This document shows, one piece after another, positions 58,319-64,000 of a stretch of DNA of 64,000 nt (position 1 is its first letter; each line of letters opens with the position of its first letter). The stretch is from Psammoneis japonica (taxonomy: Eukaryota), in assembly GCA_008632985.1 (NCBI GenBank), contig QPGO01000033.1, forward strand, positions 310,001-374,000. Reading direction: 5' to 3'. The notes beneath the pieces are model-generated. The model searched no databases and was not told the DNA's origin. It saw only the letters and a program-made list of their open reading frames with translations. Both the position numbers and the translations under genes were made by a program.

Positions 58319-61300
58319 TCACTTGTTGGCTTCGCGCTTCTCTTCCGAAGGGTCCTTGTTAACAGCCGTTATCATCCCGTCCTCGCTGCCGATGAACATG
58401 AACTGAGGAATGGGATTCAGTTCTTCCGGGGTAAGTGAAATGCACTTGATCGGTCCATGTCTGCTAAGATCTAGAGTAGAGTGGATCTGCAAGTCTCTCA
58501 CGGTTCGCACCAGCACATGGCCGTTATCTCCGCCGGTTACGAGAACTTCGCCGTCCGAGCATATCTTCATGTCATGCAGTAAATCACGCGCATGCTCCGA
58601 ACAAAGAAGAATTCCATTGACAGTGTACGAGTGCAGACCGCCGTCTTCCATGTGAACGACGAAAACTCCATGTTTATCCAAAACCACACTTCGAACACCG
58701 GGTCGCTGCATCTTCTTTTCTGAGCACGGGACGGGGAGAATAGTCCTGACAAAAGAGCCGAGACGCACATTGTGAATACATACCGTTCCGCCGATTGATC
58801 CACTCACAACCAGGTCTAGCTCCGAAGAAACCGAAATACAAGTCACAGCCGTGTCATGACCCCAGAGAACATGGCAGCACGACAACAATTTCTCCTTGTC
58901 ATCATTGGTGGAGCCCCCTCGGGCAGTCTTCACATATCCATCAGACAGAGCAATGGACATGTCAGGGTGGTCCACCACCCATACCCGGCAAGTCGCATCT
59001 TCGCCACCAGTTACCATGAGGGCGCCGTCGCTTCCAACGCCAAGACAAAGAATCTTTCCGCGATGGCCACCTTCATTGCATCGTAGCTTCAAACCGTCTA
59101 CTGAATGAGCTTTCACCGTGTTGTCCCAGTACCCACAACTCAAAAGTATCAATGATGCTTCAACTCCCGCCAAATCCTTCGAAGAGTTCACTCGAGAAGA
59201 CGCCGTCTTTCGACGAAAGTTCTCCTTAGATACACCACCAGGGGTAGTTGCGAAGAACTTGTTTCCGATAGTGAATAGGTCGCCAGTACTGTCTTCCGAT
59301 AGAGGGACGGTCGAACCACGCTTCATCGCACTGCGTGATGTGCTCAGTTCGCTTGTTCCTAGGGTGCGATGCTTATCCATCTTGAGGTTTCCACCACGGC
59401 GCCAAGGAGAGAGTTTGTACGTTCCTACGCTCAGGTCAGAATACACCGAAACAAGTGCATCGGTGAGGACACTTATGCTGAGGACGGCGCCGCGAGCCAC
59501 CCCATTTCGTTTGCCGCCAAACTGCCTCGAAGGCGTATGACAACGGAGTTCCTGGGGCACCGACACCTGCAACAAGACGAGAATTGTAATGATGCAATCT
59601 TTGTTAGATAACAAAAGACAACCAGAGCTAAGTACGATGCAGGACTCACTTCATTCAGCAATGGTTCCCAACACACTTTCGAAGGTAAACGCCTCGGATG
59701 AGGATCTTTCTGAAGAAGCTGACTAGGAGTTTGTCCAAAATTCTGAATATGACTCTCTGCTGCCTTCCGATCAACTTCATCGTTGATCTTATCTAGATCA
59801 ACAGCACCTTCATATGAAAGATAGTGGAAGATGTTGTGCGCAGCTTCAGCTTCCGGTCCACGTTGCTTGTACCCAAAAATCAAGTCAATCCAATGGTTGA
59901 TATTCTGCGACACATATTCGGACTCCAGCGCCAGACGGTGAAGACGCACAAATTCGTAGGCGGAGCCATTCGCCCATGGCGGCAATGCCACATCGTGGAT
60001 ATCCCTCTTGTTTTGGGTTTTGCCTAAAGGAAAGTTGTTTGTATTGAGGAGTATCTCTGGGCAAGTGAAAAACTCGGGTGTCAACTCCTTCACGTCCGAG
60101 GAAGACGTAAGGCAACTATTCCAACTGTATTCGATGTCAAAGAAAAGGCGGTCAGGGCAATCGAATCTACCAGACTGCAACTCAACTGCCATTGTCGTAA
60201 AGGGCTCCTGTCGAATCAGGAAGTGGAGCACATTTCCGGGAGAAGAGTAGTGGCTTCCATAGAGAAACTTCTCGTGGTCAGGGAAACCGAAACTCGAGAG
60301 ATCTTTGTACCTCTCAATCAGTTGGGCAAGCCGATCAGGATTCAACGCTCCCACAGGTTTAGATAGATCCCTGTAGACTCGTGAGTCCTTCAGATCGAGT
60401 GTCTCGCTAGTATAGTCAGCGAGCACCCAGGGAAACACCGGATACTGAGATATGTCGTTAAACGATCTTCCGGCCACACAATTCACGTGCATCAAGTACT
60501 GGAAGTTCGATATTTTTCTTTTCTTCCAAAGTTCTGTTATCTTTGACTTCTTGAACACCGTTTTCGGATTAAGCGATTTTGGTGTCCACAGCAAAGGCAC
60601 CTTATTTAGCACGGTTTACGAAGCAAAGTTAGCTCGCTGTCGGCTAAACAAAATGTCGTGCCAACAATAAATCACCAAAAGGATCTGCTCACCTTGCAGC
60701 TATTTCTGACCTTCGCGTAGAATCTATCACGCTCGCGCATCCCGCGATTAAAATTCAGGAAAAGCTCATGAGTGTCTGCGAAAAACAGCTCCAGTGCCTG
60801 TTGCCGAAGCATGTAGCGCCGGCCGTGCACTTCCGTCAGACGATTGAGTCTCCAACGACGATCTCCAAACGATTGGGCTACGCTTTGCTTCGTCATCACG
60901 TTCGTAGTATCTCCTGTAGGATGAAAGTAAAGACCGTGCGTGGTTACCAGCACCTTCCCTTGTGTCAGTGTTCGAAGTGTCACAACAGTTACTTCTTCAA
61001 AGCGAGCGACAATCGATTCGCTGTCTGCCCAAATGAATGCCTTCGCCCATCCGTCTGCATCTGTACTCTCTTTTGCGGCTGCTAATTCCTCTGATCCTAG
61101 TTGGTCCCAGTCTTCATCGCCCTTGAAGTCCGGGACAGCCTCGTCGTTTTCGGCGTCGTCCTCGGATGACTGAATTTGCGGTATGTCGATATCATCTACT
61201 TCTTCGTCGCCTTCCTCCATCTCGTCTTCCTCATAAGGAACGAAAGCAGCCTCATTCCGTCTCATTAGAGCGGCGAGCTCTTCTTCCTGTTTCTTTCTCA

Positions 61301-64000
61301 GCCGCTCTTCCCTCTGCTTTTCCGCTTTCTCTCGGTCGCGTCCGAGCATGAGCTCATAGCTTGCGTCCTGGTGATCCTGAAACTCCCGGTTGCGAACAAG
61401 AAGGATCCTTCTGTTTAGTCTATCTGCTTGCTCTGGGAGTCTCCAGTGAGCAGCCAGACTCCAGAGTTCAGAAACCTCCCGATCAATTGCGTCCCATCTT
61501 GCTTGTGCGGCATCCAGCCGTAATGAAACAGCACGATTGGATTCAGTTGTGTCGCTTTTGTGTTTCCCGGAGAGGCGCTTCAGAGTCAAATCGCCATTAT
61601 ATTCCAGATCTCTAACGTTGTCAGTTTCGGCCCACTTTCGTTGACCCTCGCAGTACGCCGCAAATGATGAGTCTAGGCCTCGGTCAAAGTCCAGTACAAT
61701 AGCTCGAGATTCAGACGCGAGTTCTTCAATCGCCAATAGTCCGCGATGGGACGACGTCTGATGCCCATGGATTTGTCCGTTCGATACTTGCTCAGGCACA
61801 GCAAACTCCCCACACATTTCGATGTCGTGGAATTCAGCTACCCACGGACTTGAGAGGAATGTTCTGATTTCTTCGTCTCTTACGTCTTCGACAGCCGCCC
61901 TGTATTCCTCTCGATCTGGAGACACTTTTTCCAAACTAGCCTGAAGCGCATCGAAAGCTTGAAGCGATAATGCTGCCTTCAAAACTTCGTTTCGACCTTT
62001 GTAGGCTGCCAGGACGATTTCACGAAGCTCGAATACGACTCGAAATAAGCGCTTGCTGCTCTTCTTCAGAGTTTTGTCATCCGGAAAATAGGTCTCATAA
62101 GAAGAGGCTTCTATCTCGAATAGAACAACTGAACATCTTGACAGCGCACGATGAGAATGCAGCACAATCGCTAGGACTAGGCGGTCAAGGGGGGCTGTAA
62201 GGTCTTGGAAAGCGGCAGAGTACCCTGCTAGCGCAACCGATTCTCGGACCAGTTCAAGTGTCCAGTGAAGAAAACAACGTAGTCGGCTGCAGCACTGGAG
62301 AAACTTAACGCTGATGGGTTCGAGATTACACTGAAAGCAAACACAGAAGATTTAAGATAAACCAATTGAAGTCACAAAGGTATCACCCAACAGCGAATTT
62401 ATACTTACCAACAGGATCAGCGATGCTCGGACGAGCGACGCAAGGAGAGGGCCCTGCGCGAGCCCAACCCTAGATTCTGTTCGTCTAACAAGCGCAAGTC
62501 CATGCATTTGTGAAGTCGAGACCGATGCGTCGAGAGACTCTGTGAAGATGAAATCATCTAGAAGAAGCAGCAACTCCGCAGCCAGCGTTACACATACGCG
62601 GCGAGAATTCTGCCTTGCATCACGACTCTTCTCGGATCCGTCGCTCTCTCGGTCTGATCTGAACGCCGTGCACGCAGTGATCGGTATCGCAGGTACATTC
62701 CCATCGGGGAGGCGAATGCCATGCAGCCCCCCAGACCATACATCTAGAACCGATGCGTTTTGATTCTGGTAATCGAACATATCACTTACGCCGCAACTGA
62801 ACAGTGTAGGCAGTAAAATAAGGTCAGAGAAGCGGCGGCATCCATCTGAAGATGGCAGGGGGGGGCTTTAATGCCGGTACGTACCCACACTTCGTAACCA
62901 CAGCTACAACAACCGCGGTTAAATGACGCAAGGACCTCCAATGCCGAGTTGCGGATGCCATATCCATACCATTAGACCCGCTCGAGAGAATGGCCTTCGT
63001 CACGATGTTCGCACTTTGCTTTAGAGGGCTATCAGCTGAGTCTCCTGTCGTTGATAGCTTTTCCACGTCCAGAATAGTGCCATTTTCAACAAGATTGAAC
63101 AAAAGATGGCTTAGGACTAAACATAGCACCTGCTCTCCGTTCAGACAGATGCGTTGCAGAGATGCTGTAGTCTCAATGGCCTAAAGAGAACACATTTGAC
63201 CGGATGAAGATGCTGTAAGCAATTCGAGATCGAAACTAAAATGCAAGCCCTGACCATCGTAAGGCTTACCTTCTCGTTGCCTTGCCGAATTGAGTGACCC
63301 AACAGAGTTGCGTACAGTTTCAGCGAAATGTTGTATCTTGACTCGAGGCAGTGGTTCCTCTGCTCGTTGAAATCTACACAGTCGCCATTCACCGCTTTAT
63401 CTGGCCTTTCACTACCATGTGACAGCACTCCATTACTTTCTAGCTTGTCTCCGTTGCTTTCGGCGGGAGTCGTTGGGAGAGAATCAACACCAGGTGAGCC
63501 TACATTTCCTTCGTTGATTGTATTTGTCAATGGCTCTTCTTTCCCCTGCTGGGGAGCCACTGACAATGTGGATGGAGTGGTAGAGTCTTGGCGACTGACT
63601 TCTTCGATGGATGACACTGGGGCGTGAACCTCATCTAAAATTTCAGAAATCAAAATGAACAAGCAAGGCTGCCAATCCAGGTTTGCTGCCAGCAATGAAA
63701 GGCTCGGCCGATTCTGTTCGACCAAATCTAAAATCTGTTTCAGCCACCTTTCCTTCATTTCATCCGGCAAAAACCGAAGGAGGCGTAGGACTGTACTAAT
63801 TGCGGGAGAATCGCGAAGGTTGTGAGATGAAAGTGATCTTGCTTCTTCGATAAATGCGCCAGCCCAATCAGTGTTCAGATTATACCCAATTCCCAAGATA
63901 TCATTGGGGGTCACAAAACCATCCAATAAAAATCCCAAAGACAACGAAGACGTGAACTGGTCGTCCAACAGTAGGTGGTACGTAGCAGAGTGAGTTTTCT
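58319..64000 (-). CDS. BEACH-domain protein (PH-BEACH-WD40; neurobeachin/LRBA/Lvs-like), multi-exon, 5' end beyond the window
   Basis: RRYMLRQQALELFF (PH). BEACH motifs ISNFQYLM, GRSFNDISQYPVFPWV, YGSHYS, DVKELTPEFF, WIDLIFGYKQRG and FGQTP. WD40 repeats. Several GT-AG introns. Confidence 0.95.

Noticed and set aside
23482..63627. Antisense and alternate-frame ORFs overlapping the called genes
   Set aside because: Shadow ORFs of well-supported genes; no motifs of their own.

Overview
Eukaryotic, intron-containing DNA, most likely from a diatom, judged from diatom-type Ty1/copia and LINE remnants, frustulin-like Cys repeats and short GT-AG introns. The right ~45 kb is gene-dense: PDI-like protein, P4H, PP4R1-like, ABCG, histidine phosphatases, lipase, KH protein, atypical P450, LRR protein, scramblase, F-box protein, cytochrome b5, P5CR, Rpn13 and a BEACH protein. 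The left ~19 kb holds two repeat-derived blocks (~1-6950 and ~10470-18700) flanking one intact PhoX-like gene. These blocks have lost almost all TpA and most CpG dinucleotides, and both appear converted to TpG/CpA. Comparing repeat copies inside the window shows TA->TG/CA and CG->TG/CA substitutions directly. This points to a repeat-targeted hypermutation process opposite in direction to fungal RIP. A weaker version of the same signature appears at ~46.7-49.3 kb. All counts and alignments were made by eye, and protein family calls come from motif recognition, not database searches.
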